From: Oscillospiraceae bacterium
GTDB lineage: Bacteria > Bacillota > Clostridia > Oscillospirales > Oscillospiraceae
Direction of reading: 5' to 3'
NCBI GenBank assembly: GCA_902784305.1
Contig: CACZUK010000002.1
Location: forward strand, 505 to 64,504
DNA length: 64,000 bases
How positions within the stretch are numbered: the stretch's first letter is position 1; every line of letters begins with the position of its first letter. The translations under genes were made by a program, and so were the position numbers. Below the pieces are notes generated by a model. The model saw only the letters and a program-made list of their open reading frames with translations, made no database searches and was not told the DNA's origin. Below are positions 42,089 to 50,768 of the stretch, piece after piece.

Positions 42089-45000
42089 CTATTTCACCTG
42101 AACGCTGACCCATCTGGCAAGCCCATTCCGGGCGTAAACGTACACCCGGCACCGCCCCGGTGCCACGCCGGTGACCCGGCCCTTCTCGTCCACCGTCGCC
42201 ACCGTCTCGTCGCCGCTGACATAGCGGAACTCCCGGACGAGGGTTTTGGAGAACAGCCGCTTCTTGGGGCTAATCCGCACAGTTTTTGTGCGTATTTTGC
42301 TCTTTTTGCCCATTTTCAGGCTCAGAGATGTGGTTTTCAGTTCAATGCGCCGGGCGTTGGTGTAGTTTGGATTCCTGCGTCCCACGGCGTAAACCTGGAG
42401 GCTCACCGCCAGCGTCTTCTTGCCGCGTTTGGCTTTGACGACGGCCCGCCAGTCGCCGGAAAGCTTCAGTTTTTTGCCGTTGAGTCTGGTGATGCTCACG
42501 CTGCACGGCCCGCTCTTCTTCACCGTCCGCGTCGGCTTGCTGCCGAAGGGTGTGCTGCCGTCCTGCACCCAGACCTCATAGCGGTCCGCGCCCGTCACCG
42601 CGCCCCAGCGTAGCCGCAGTGCGCTGCCGCTCTGGGTGAAGGTCAGCGCGCTGTTGAGCTCAATAGCCGCTTTGGTCATGGTCTGGAACACCCCTGCCGC
42701 GGACGCGCCGGAGGCCCTGTGGTTGCAATCCTCCCGCCGCCGTGTCACCACGCTGTAACGGGTGGAGGGGTGCAGCTCTGTGAAGCGTCCGTCGCGTTGC
42801 CAGGTCTTGCCGCCGTCGATGCTGTACTCCTGTCCAGCCACGGCCTTCACGCGCAGCTCCGTGAGCCCCGCTTTCTTCAGCACCGGCGCGGCAGGCGTTT
42901 TCTGCACGGCTCGTTCGATGTCCACACGCAGCTCCCGCGGTGGGATTCCGGCATAGCGGCTGTCGCCGTCGAGCTTGTACCACACACGATACTGCCCCGC
43001 GTCAGTGGCAGTGGGCACCTGTGCGCTGTACGCACCGTTTTTGCTCAGACTGTACACCAGCGCGCCGCGGGAAGCGCTGCCCGCTGTGACCAGCACCTGC
43101 GCCCGGCCGGAGTACACCAGCCCCCGTACCGCCTCCGGCGGCGTGAGCACAAGCCTGGGAATCGGCGTCTGCCGGGTCTTGCCGCACCCGGAGCAGGTCT
43201 CCTCCCAGAAGCCGTCTTCCTCCTCGGTGGCCAGCTTTACCGCCGTGCCCCCGGTCCAATGGTGCCCCGTCTCCGAAATCCACGCGCTAATAATCTCCTT
43301 CGTACACGCCGCATCGGCGTAGAGCTTGCCGGTGCGCTCCACCAGCCAGCACTCCCGCATCCCCGGCATGATGCAGGTGGGCGCCCGGCCGGGCTGGTGA
43401 ACGGCCTCGTACTGAATCGGCACGTTCAGCATGGCGCCTGGCTTCACGCCCCTGGCCGGGTCGGCCTGCTCCGCGAAGGTGTAGGTTCCGGGGGGCAGCG
43501 GCAGACCGTTGCTGTCCGTCACCTCCACGCTGCCGGTCAGAATCCGCCCGCCCGGTCCGGCAAAGTAGTAATCCCCGGCATAGAGCAGCAGCCCGGCCGC
43601 GCAGCGCTCGCCGTCGGCGTAGTAGTACCACGCGCCGTCCTCCTGGACGATTTCCGTGCCCAGGCTCTTGCTGTAGTCATCAAACCAGGCGGCGCGCTGG
43701 GTCATCCAGCCCTTCAGATAGGCCAGATTCGGCTCGTAGGCGGCCTTCTCCGCCGCCGTCTCGGAGATGTAGGGCCAAACGGCAAAGTTGCGTGCGATGG
43801 CCTCGGAATACTGCGCCGCCTGCTGGTCCAACCAGCCGCCGTCCGCAAAGAGTGCGCGCGCCGCCGGAGCGAGCACCGCGTAGCGCTTCGCCACCAGCCG
43901 CCGGAACCACTTCTGATGGATAAGCCTGGAAAAGTAGTGACAGCTCTCCACCAGGGACCCCCTGCTGCTCAGCTTCCTGCCCGTGAACAGCCCTAAGCTC
44001 AGGTCGTTGTCCCACTCCGGCCCGGCGCGGAGCCTTCCGTCCCGCCAGTGGAAGTAGACGGACAGCTTGCGGAAGTCCGGATTCTTCACGAACTCGTTGA
44101 TCACGTAGTAATCCGCGAAGGATTCCACATCCACGAGGGCTTCCACCGCCGCCTTGGAGCCGTCCGCGAGCGCGGCCTCCACCTGATTCATCCGCGCGGC
44201 GGCGTCGTCGGCACCCTGCTGGCTCTCCGGCTCCCGAATCCGGTAGAAATAGCCGGATTGGGTCCTGAAATAGAATTCATCCTCCTCCTGGCGCCGTTCC
44301 ACGTCCATCTCAATCAGGAAGCCGTCCTCGCCCACGTCCACCACGTCCTCCACCTTCTGGGTGAGCAGGTACACGCCGCGATACTGCCCGTCCATCCAGA
44401 CCTCCACGCGCCGGTAATCCGCGGCGGGAAATCCCAGCGCCCGGCACAGCTCAAAGGCCACGCTGTTGCGCAGGAGGGTCGGGTCGAAGTAATCCGCCAG
44501 CAGGCACCATTTCTTCGACTTGTCCATGCCGAAGAGTCCGGCCTTTGCGGAAAGCTTCAGGTTGTAGGGCTTCTTCTCCTTCTTTGCGGTGGAGTTGCCG
44601 TGGATTTTCACCTGGGCGGCGGCGTCCTGAACCTGAACGGCGCCGTCCACATCCACCGCCACGGCGGCGGCGCTCACATAGCCCTGCTCCTTGGTCAGAG
44701 CCGCGCCGTAGGACGTGCCGCTGCCGTCGTCGGTGGTCAGATAGACCTGGGCGATGGTTTCGTCGTGCCGGTACACCAGGCCGCTGACCGCCGCCTCCAG
44801 CGCTGCGGTCAGCGCGTTCAGCACGTCCGGGTCGGACTCCTCACGCTCAAGGGCCGCGTCGGCCTCCTCCACAGCGGCGGACAGGGCGGCGGCGCTCTCC
44901 GGCGTGCAGTAGACCTCCGTGAAGCGGGGCACCCGGCTCCGGACCTTTCGGAGCCTGTCCGTGGGTATGCCCCACACCCCGTCCGCGGAGCAGCGGGGGA

Positions 45001-46081
45001 GGAGCGCGGAGACATCCGCGGCGCTGTAATCGGCCTTCTCGGTGTCGGCCTTGTTGTCGTCCGTGTCCCGGAAGTGCTTGCGAATCACGGCATTCTTTTT
45101 CGACTGCCAGTCGTGAACCTGCCCCTCGTACACGGCGGGAATCTGACTGGCCTTGCTCCCGCCTGCCACGCTGAGCATGTCCACATAGCCATTCACGACC
45201 GGGGCGTGGGCGGCGTTGTCGAAGACAACGGACTCCGGCGCGAGCAGCTCTGCCGTGGACAGCAGCACCACGGACAGCCCCTTGTTGTTCAGCGGGATGT
45301 CCCACTGAGCGTCAAAGCGCTCCAGCGTGCGCTGCTCGTCCACGGAGGCGCCGCTGGCCGCGCAGCGAATCAGAAAGGAGCAGTGGGCGGGAATCGTGCC
45401 GCTCAAATTCAGCTTCTGCCACGCCCCAGAATCCCCCGCGGCGCGGTACTGCACAGACCAGCCGGACAGGTTCACCGCGTCCTCTGTGGGGTTGTAAAGT
45501 TCAATAAAGTCGTGGGAAAGCAGCTCAGATTCGCCTTTGCTGCCGTAAATCTGCTCAATCACCACATGGGGCGCGCTCACGTCATAAGCCGCGGCCGGGG
45601 CAAGGGGCGCGGGCTCCTCGCTCTGGTCTGGGGATGTGTCCGGCTCCGCTGTGGACTCTTCACTCTGGTCACGGGACTCATCCGGCTCCGGCGCGGATTC
45701 CTGGCTCTGGTCCTGGGACGCGTCTGGCTCTGCTGCGGACTCCTCGCGCTGGTCACGGGACTCATCCGGCTCCGCTGCGGACTCCTCACTCTGGTCCAGG
45801 GGCTCATCCGGCTCCGCCGCGGACTCCTCGCTCTGGTCCTGGGGCTCATCCGGCTCCGGCGCGGATTCCTGGCTCTGGTCCTGTGACGCGTCTGGCTCCG
45901 CCGCGGACTCCTCGCGCTGGTCACGGGACTCATCCGGTTCCACCGCGGATTCCTCGCTCTGGTCACAAAGCGTTTCCGCCGCCTGCCCGGACAGCTCCGC
46001 CGCTTGAACCGGGCACAGCGCCCCGCAGACCATCCCCAGCGTCAGCAGCAGCGCGACCAGCCGTCTCAGCTTGTTTTTCAT
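42089..46081 (-). CDS. giant secreted protein: signal peptide, acidic 14-aa repeats, lamin-tail domain, CotH kinase-like domain, Ig-like repeats, C-terminal Big_2
   Basis: MKNKLRRLVALLLTLGMVCGALCPVQA signal. LTD-like FIELYNPTEDAVNLSGWSVQY. CotH-like KKPYNLKL....DKSKKWCLLADYFDPTLLRN..AFEL...G......Y.RVEVWMDGQYRGVYLL. Big_2-like end ATVDEKGRVTGVAPGRCRVYVYA. GGAGA RBS before the ATG at 46081. Confidence 0.85.
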   Translation of the reverse strand: MKNKLRRLVALLLTLGMVCGALCPVQAAELSGQAAETLCDQSEESAVEPDESRDQREESAAEPDASQDQSQESAPEPDEPQDQSEESAAEPDEPLDQSEESAAEPDESRDQREESAAEPDASQDQSQESAPEPDESRDQSEESTAEPDTSPDQSEEPAPLAPAAAYDVSAPHVVIEQIYGSKGESELLSHDFIELYNPTEDAVNLSGWSVQYRAAGDSGAWQKLNLSGTIPAHCSFLIRCAASGASVDEQRTLERFDAQWDIPLNNKGLSVVLLSTAELLAPESVVFDNAAHAPVVNGYVDMLSVAGGSKASQIPAVYEGQVHDWQSKKNAVIRKHFRDTDDNKADTEKADYSAADVSALLPRCSADGVWGIPTDRLRKVRSRVPRFTEVYCTPESAAALSAAVEEADAALEREESDPDVLNALTAALEAAVSGLVYRHDETIAQVYLTTDDGSGTSYGAALTKEQGYVSAAAVAVDVDGAVQVQDAAAQVKIHGNSTAKKEKKPYNLKLSAKAGLFGMDKSKKWCLLADYFDPTLLRNSVAFELCRALGFPAADYRRVEVWMDGQYRGVYLLTQKVEDVVDVGEDGFLIEMDVERRQEEDEFYFRTQSGYFYRIREPESQQGADDAAARMNQVEAALADGSKAAVEALVDVESFADYYVINEFVKNPDFRKLSVYFHWRDGRLRAGPEWDNDLSLGLFTGRKLSSRGSLVESCHYFSRLIHQKWFRRLVAKRYAVLAPAARALFADGGWLDQQAAQYSEAIARNFAVWPYISETAAEKAAYEPNLAYLKGWMTQRAAWFDDYSKSLGTEIVQEDGAWYYYADGERCAAGLLLYAGDYYFAGPGGRILTGSVEVTDSNGLPLPPGTYTFAEQADPARGVKPGAMLNVPIQYEAVHQPGRAPTCIMPGMRECWLVERTGKLYADAACTKEIISAWISETGHHWTGGTAVKLATEEEDGFWEETCSGCGKTRQTPIPRLVLTPPEAVRGLVYSGRAQVLVTAGSASRGALVYSLSKNGAYSAQVPTATDAGQYRVWYKLDGDSRYAGIPPRELRVDIERAVQKTPAAPVLKKAGLTELRVKAVAGQEYSIDGGKTWQRDGRFTELHPSTRYSVVTRRREDCNHRASGASAAGVFQTMTKAAIELNSALTFTQSGSALRLRWGAVTGADRYEVWVQDGSTPFGSKPTRTVKKSGPCSVSITRLNGKKLKLSGDWRAVVKAKRGKKTLAVSLQVYAVGRRNPNYTNARRIELKTTSLSLKMGKKSKIRTKTVRISPKKRLFSKTLVREFRYVSGDETVATVDEKGRVTGVAPGRCRVYVYARNGLARWVSVQVK
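45620..45955. repeat. 42-bp (14-aa) in-frame tandem repeat, 8 copies, inside the CotH gene
   Basis: Units EESA(A/V)EPD(E/A)(S/P)(R/Q)DQ(S/R) are repeated at both protein and DNA level. Confidence 0.85.
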
Positions 46082-46199
46082 TTTGCTTTCTCCTATCCCG
46101 CAGCTTTTTGTCCATTTCTCCTCCATTATTCCATAACTCACTGCCTTTTGCAAGAATAAGAGAAGAGTTTTTATCAATCTACACCATGACAGCGCGGAC

Positions 46200-46416
46200 T
46201 TCAAGATGACGCTGAAGAAAGGCGCCTGCACCATCACCAAGGCCACGCAAAGCGCGCCCGCCGCCCCAAGCTGTCCGATCAATACTGGACGAGCATCACC
46301 GTAGAATCATCAGAATCAAAGGCATCACCCTCACTCCCAGGGGCAAGGGCACCTGCACGCTGTACGTCTGCGCGCTCAACGGCAAAGAAGAGAAGATTAA
46401 GGTCGCCGTAACGTAA
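46200..46416 (+). pseudogene. degraded remnant of a Big_2/surface-protein C-terminus
   Basis: Three frames successively read KMTLKKGACTITKATQSAPAAP, then PKLSDQYWTSITVE, then IIRIKGITLTPRGKGTCTLYVCALNGKEEKIKVAVT*. The last mirrors the GRCRVYVYARNG....V.V end of the neighbouring CotH protein. At least two frameshifts and no start. Confidence 0.35.
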
Positions 46417-46448
46417 GACAAGTCAGCAAGCTCTCAGGCAAAATCAGC

Positions 46449-46495
46449 CCCCTCTCCCGTCCGCTCATCCGGGCAGGGGAGGGGGCCTTGTTTTG
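46449..46495. terminator. GC-rich hairpin terminator downstream of the minus-strand EAL/GGDEF gene
   Basis: gccccctctccc ... ggggagggggc stem with cttgtttt on the plus side. Confidence 0.55.
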
Positions 46496-46556
46496 GGGGA
46501 TTGCACTCACTCCGGCGCGGGACTGCCGCCTACCCGGAGCGGAGGGGGCATTGGCT

Positions 46557-49500
46557 CTATCGCCAGTATCCAATGGGATTGTTCGGCTGATTTTTCACGC
46601 TGTCCGCCGCGTACTGCGCGCGCTCAAACCGCGTTTCGATTTCCGGCTCCTGCTGCGCGTTGGGATAGATTCCGATTCTGACGCTGAATTGGCCGGCCAG
46701 CTGGTCCCCGGCATACACATCGGCCAAAAACTCCCGCATCAGCTGCTCGTGGTCGCTCTGATGGGGACAGTAGAACCAAAACGTATCGCCCGCTTTTCTG
46801 CACCCGATGCCGCCGGTTTTGCGAATCAGATTTTTGATTCCGCCGCCGATGCTCTTCAGCACCTGGTCGCCGAACCGCCTGCCGTGCTGGGTGTTGACCG
46901 CGGAGAACTGATTGACATCGCAGACAACGGCGTCGAAGGCGGTTCCCTTCTCGTATTGGTCATAGCGGCTCACATAGCGGATGAAATAATTGTGATGGAA
47001 CAGGCCCGTCAGCTTGTCGCGCTGTGTGCGCCGAATCAAATCGCGGTTGACAGACAGCTCAATGCATTTTGCGATTCTGGCCTTGACGATTTCAATGTCG
47101 GGATAGGGCTTGGGAATGAAATCCATCGCGCCCATTTTCAGACATTCCAGCTCCGCGTCCTGGTCAACGGTCAGGACGATGACGGGAACCGACATCAGCT
47201 CCTCATCCGCCTGCATCTGAGCCATCACGTCCCGGCCTGTCATGTTCGGCATGTACAAATCGAGAATCAGCAGCGCGATTTCGTTTCTGTGCTTGCGGAG
47301 CATTTCCATGACCTCGGCGCCGTCCGAGGCGTAGAAAATATCGTACTCATCCTGGAGCAGGTTCCCCAGGATTTCGCGGTTGCTCTCGATGTCATCGGCA
47401 ATCAGAATATGCTTTCGCGTGTTGATTGCGGGCATTTCCACACAGGTGACGGCGCAGTATCCGGGATAGATGATCTGGCGGGCGGAGAAGTGGTAGTGCT
47501 TGCCGTTGAGCGGATTGTCAAACTCGCCCTCCACCGTTTTTCCGTCCAGGGCGGCGCGCTTGACATCCTGATACCATTCATTCCCGAGGTAGGGAAACAG
47601 CTCTCTGACGGTGTGGCCCACCAGGGATTTCGTCGGCAGCTCGGCAAACTCTTCATACTTGTGGTTGACGTAGAAGAAAACCGCGTCATAGAGCCCGCTG
47701 TGCTCCGCGTAGGTCACATGATAGACGGAATAGGGCACGGGCAGGTCGTCAAACAGGTAGAAAATCTCCGACGCGTGCTCGATTCGGTTCTCCGCGGAGA
47801 TGGTCTGGTCGTAGTCCGCGTGCAGGCGCATTTCCGCGTTCTTGATCTGCTCCTCCAGGTCCAGAAACTCGGAATAGCGCGCATAGCCCACGGACAGGTA
47901 CAGGGTGATGGGCCTGCCGTCCACCTCCCGGAGCGCCTTGCCGATGTCCCTGGCCTTATCGCGGAGCTTTTGCGCCTCTTCCTTGCTCTCAATCTGCTGA
48001 AGCACGGTGAACTTGCGTCCGGCGTAGCGGCCGACGGCGCTTCTGTGTCCGAAGCCCTGCTGCAGCGCGCGGCCAAAGGCGTTGAGCACCTTGTCGCCAA
48101 AATCGAAGCCGTACTGCGCGTTGATTGCGTTGAAATCGTTGATGCCGATGTGGATGCGCACGAAATCCGTCCCCCGCAGATGATACTCATCCTGCAAGGC
48201 GTCGGCGGACTCCGAAATGCCGCGGGAATTGAGCAGTCCGGTGAGCAGCTCCCGCCGGGAGGACTCCTCGCCCTCTTCGTTCATGCCCAGAGACTCCTTG
48301 TCCACAAAGGAGCCCAGAAGTCCCGTAATCTCTCCATTGACATCGTAGAGGGGTGTTTTGCTGGCCAGAATCTCCTTGTTCTCTCCGTTGCTGATGCAGT
48401 TGCCGGGGATGTTCCGGAAGACCGTGCCCTCGTGAATCACCTGGTATTCGTCGTTTTTGTACAGGTCCGGGTGGACATGCCAGCCCAGCTCCTCGTCGGT
48501 CCGGCCGACGATCTCCTCCGCGGAGGAGAAGCCGTAAAAGTCCAGAAAGCCCTGGCTCGCGCCCAGGAACCGGCGCTGATCGTCTTTCCAGAACACGCGG
48601 AACAGGGGGGAGCGCACCAGATTGCTCCAAAGCTGCGCCGGAGCGTAGGGCCCGTCCCCGGAGGTCGTCACTGCGTTGCTGGCGATGAAGCTCTTTGCGA
48701 TGGCGTGGATGTTCCGAACCAGCATAAAATAGTTGGCCTCGTCGATTTTCAGCAGGGTGTATTCCTTCCAGGCGTACTGACCGTGCCGGACGCTGGTCCG
48801 ATACACCTCGGAGAAGCTGATGCTGCCGCTCTCCCGCAGATGCGCCGTGGCCCGATCGGGGTCAAAGGCGCGGACGAAGCGGTTTTTGTCCTCGGGATAG
48901 ATGTACTGCCGGGCGTATTCCTCCACCAGCTTCTTGATGCCGCGGCGGTTGGAGAGCAAATCCTCCCGCGTATCCGTGTACAGGGGCCGGATGGTGTCCT
49001 CGGCGTAGTTCAGAAGGGTGACGCGCTCAAAAAATCCGTAAATCTGCCGGACATTGGCGTCCAGCTGGGTCGTTTTCTCCGACTGCGTGTCCTTGGTCAG
49101 ATTGGTGATGCGGATGAGGACGCAGAACTTATCCTTCGTCCGGGTCATGCAGCGCGCCTGAATCTCGTAGTACTGCTCGTTGATGGTGAAGAGCATTCTG
49201 CCGTCCCCGTCCACTCTGACGGAGTCCATCAGGTTCCTGATTTTCCGCGGAAGCAGGTTCAGGGGCTGCGGCTGGCAGAGCGCCTCCTGTGTAAACACGC
49301 CGTGGAAGAGCGCGGCGCTCTGCGCGATTTCCTCGAAGGCGGAGTTGTAAAACAGAACCCGGAACTCCCCGGCAGTAAACTCGGCCAGGGTCAGCGGGAT
49401 GCTGTTGAGCTGCCGCGCAGTGGTCAGGGAGTCGTTCTCCTCCCGGGTCATAAACGGAACCGCGCTGAGGAAGTTGATGCCGCCGATGTCGTCGTAGAAC

Positions 49501-50303
49501 TGCCGGTCCTGGGGCGGCTCGATGCGGATTCCCTTTTCCCGCAGATTGTCCAGGGCCTGGTCATAGGGCATGGGCTTGCCGAAGTAATAGCCCTGTACCT
49601 TTTCACAGCCGATGTCCCGCAAATAGGCGTACTGCTCCTCGGTCTCCACGCCCTCGGCCAGGGTGTGGATGTAGATGTCCTTTGCCATCTTCACCACGGC
49701 GGTCACGATGCGTCTGGAGCGCAGATTGAAGGGCCGCAGAAAGCTCATATCCAGCTTGAGCTCGTCAAAGGAGAACTCCTTGAGGGCGTTCAGGGAGGAG
49801 TAGGCGCTGCCGAAGTCGTCCATCCAAATCTGATAGCCCGCGGAGCGGAACTGATTCACGATTCCCGTCAGCAGCTCCTTCTGTTCCGCCATCACGCTCT
49901 CCGTGATTTCAAAATAGACGAAGTCGTGGGGAATCTGGTAATCGCTGACGATGTCGTCCGCAACGGTAAAGATGTCGCACAGCGTGAAGTCCAGGCGGGA
50001 GAGGTTGACGGAGACCGGAATGGGCGTCTCACCTTTGGTGATGCAGCTGCGAAGCCGGGCGCAGACCTGCCGGAGAATGGCCGCGTCCAGCAGATGAATC
50101 AGCCCCGCCTTTTCCAGCACCGGGATGAACTCATCTGGATAAATCATGCCGATTTCCGGGTCAATCCACCGCGCCAGGGCCTCAAAGCTGCACAGCTGCC
50201 TGGAGGAGGTGCGGATGACCGGCTGATAGAAAGCCTGAATCTCGTGGTAATCTATGGCTTTTTTGTAGTTTCTGATGATAAAATCTTCCAGATTTCTTCC
50301 CAT
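46557..50303 (-). CDS. EAL (N-terminal), PAS-like regions, degenerate GGDEF, REC, degenerate GGDEF signalling protein
   Basis: N-terminal YQPVI...FEALARW, EITES, DDFGSAYSS, KLD, EGVE, QGYYF. Mid GGDEF position reads YAGRKF. REC reads ILIADD...LILDLYMP...PKP. Last GGDEF position reads KAGDTF. Start trimmed to the ATG at 50303 (MGRNLED), preceded by GGAAGGGAG. Confidence 0.9.
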   Translation of the reverse strand: MGRNLEDFIIRNYKKAIDYHEIQAFYQPVIRTSSRQLCSFEALARWIDPEIGMIYPDEFIPVLEKAGLIHLLDAAILRQVCARLRSCITKGETPIPVSVNLSRLDFTLCDIFTVADDIVSDYQIPHDFVYFEITESVMAEQKELLTGIVNQFRSAGYQIWMDDFGSAYSSLNALKEFSFDELKLDMSFLRPFNLRSRRIVTAVVKMAKDIYIHTLAEGVETEEQYAYLRDIGCEKVQGYYFGKPMPYDQALDNLREKGIRIEPPQDRQFYDDIGGINFLSAVPFMTREENDSLTTARQLNSIPLTLAEFTAGEFRVLFYNSAFEEIAQSAALFHGVFTQEALCQPQPLNLLPRKIRNLMDSVRVDGDGRMLFTINEQYYEIQARCMTRTKDKFCVLIRITNLTKDTQSEKTTQLDANVRQIYGFFERVTLLNYAEDTIRPLYTDTREDLLSNRRGIKKLVEEYARQYIYPEDKNRFVRAFDPDRATAHLRESGSISFSEVYRTSVRHGQYAWKEYTLLKIDEANYFMLVRNIHAIAKSFIASNAVTTSGDGPYAPAQLWSNLVRSPLFRVFWKDDQRRFLGASQGFLDFYGFSSAEEIVGRTDEELGWHVHPDLYKNDEYQVIHEGTVFRNIPGNCISNGENKEILASKTPLYDVNGEITGLLGSFVDKESLGMNEEGEESSRRELLTGLLNSRGISESADALQDEYHLRGTDFVRIHIGINDFNAINAQYGFDFGDKVLNAFGRALQQGFGHRSAVGRYAGRKFTVLQQIESKEEAQKLRDKARDIGKALREVDGRPITLYLSVGYARYSEFLDLEEQIKNAEMRLHADYDQTISAENRIEHASEIFYLFDDLPVPYSVYHVTYAEHSGLYDAVFFYVNHKYEEFAELPTKSLVGHTVRELFPYLGNEWYQDVKRAALDGKTVEGEFDNPLNGKHYHFSARQIIYPGYCAVTCVEMPAINTRKHILIADDIESNREILGNLLQDEYDIFYASDGAEVMEMLRKHRNEIALLILDLYMPNMTGRDVMAQMQADEELMSVPVIVLTVDQDAELECLKMGAMDFIPKPYPDIEIVKARIAKCIELSVNRDLIRRTQRDKLTGLFHHNYFIRYVSRYDQYEKGTAFDAVVCDVNQFSAVNTQHGRRFGDQVLKSIGGGIKNLIRKTGGIGCRKAGDTFWFYCPHQSDHEQLMREFLADVYAGDQLAGQFSVRIGIYPNAQQEPEIETRFERAQYAADSVKNQPNNPIGYWR

Positions 50304-50401
50304 GGCGGTGGGCACTCCCTTCCTGGCTTTTTGAGGCAGCGGTATGCTGGTCCAACCGGGCACCGGGGCATTGTCCAGGTACACACATCTATTTTTAACA
50401 A

Positions 50402-50430
50402 AGTGTACCACAAAATATTTCGTTTTGCAA
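50402..50430 (-). promoter_or_regulatory. candidate promoter (TTGCAA-N17-TACACT)
   Basis: Reverse complement hexamers at 50425-50430 and 50402-50407. Confidence 0.45.
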
Positions 50431-50634
50431 GTAAAAGCGGAGATTTTTATGTTCCTGAAACGATGGCTGCCGGTTCAGAGGCCAGCGGGCAGGGGAGGGG
50501 GTTGCGCCGCCCCTAAGCCCTCTTTCCGCTCTGGAGAAGCGACGGGCAGGGGAGGGGGGCTGCTCGCCGCGGTTTCTCTCCTCACTCAGCGCGTTCAAAT
50601 GAGTCATCCTTAGCGAACCACCCGGCCCTCCGGG

Positions 50635-50675
50635 ACAAAACGAGGCGGAGGCAGCTTGTCGAAGGCTGCCTCCGC
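50635..50675 (-). terminator. intrinsic terminator after the SIR2-TPR gene
   Basis: 11-bp stem gcggaggcagc/gctgcctccgc, followed on the minus strand by ctcgttttgt. Confidence 0.7.
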
Positions 50676-50768
50676 TTAGTTCCATGTACAGACCGCTTTT
50701 GCAAAGCGCGGGAATAACGTCTTAGCTGCGTGAAATCGGTCAAAATGCCGGGTTTACCACAGCCCCGC

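Noticed and set aside
46488-50516. 1,342-aa plus-strand ORF
   Set aside because: It is the antisense shadow of the EAL/GGDEF gene (46557-50303), which carries intact EAL and REC signatures. The plus-strand product has no recognisable motif.
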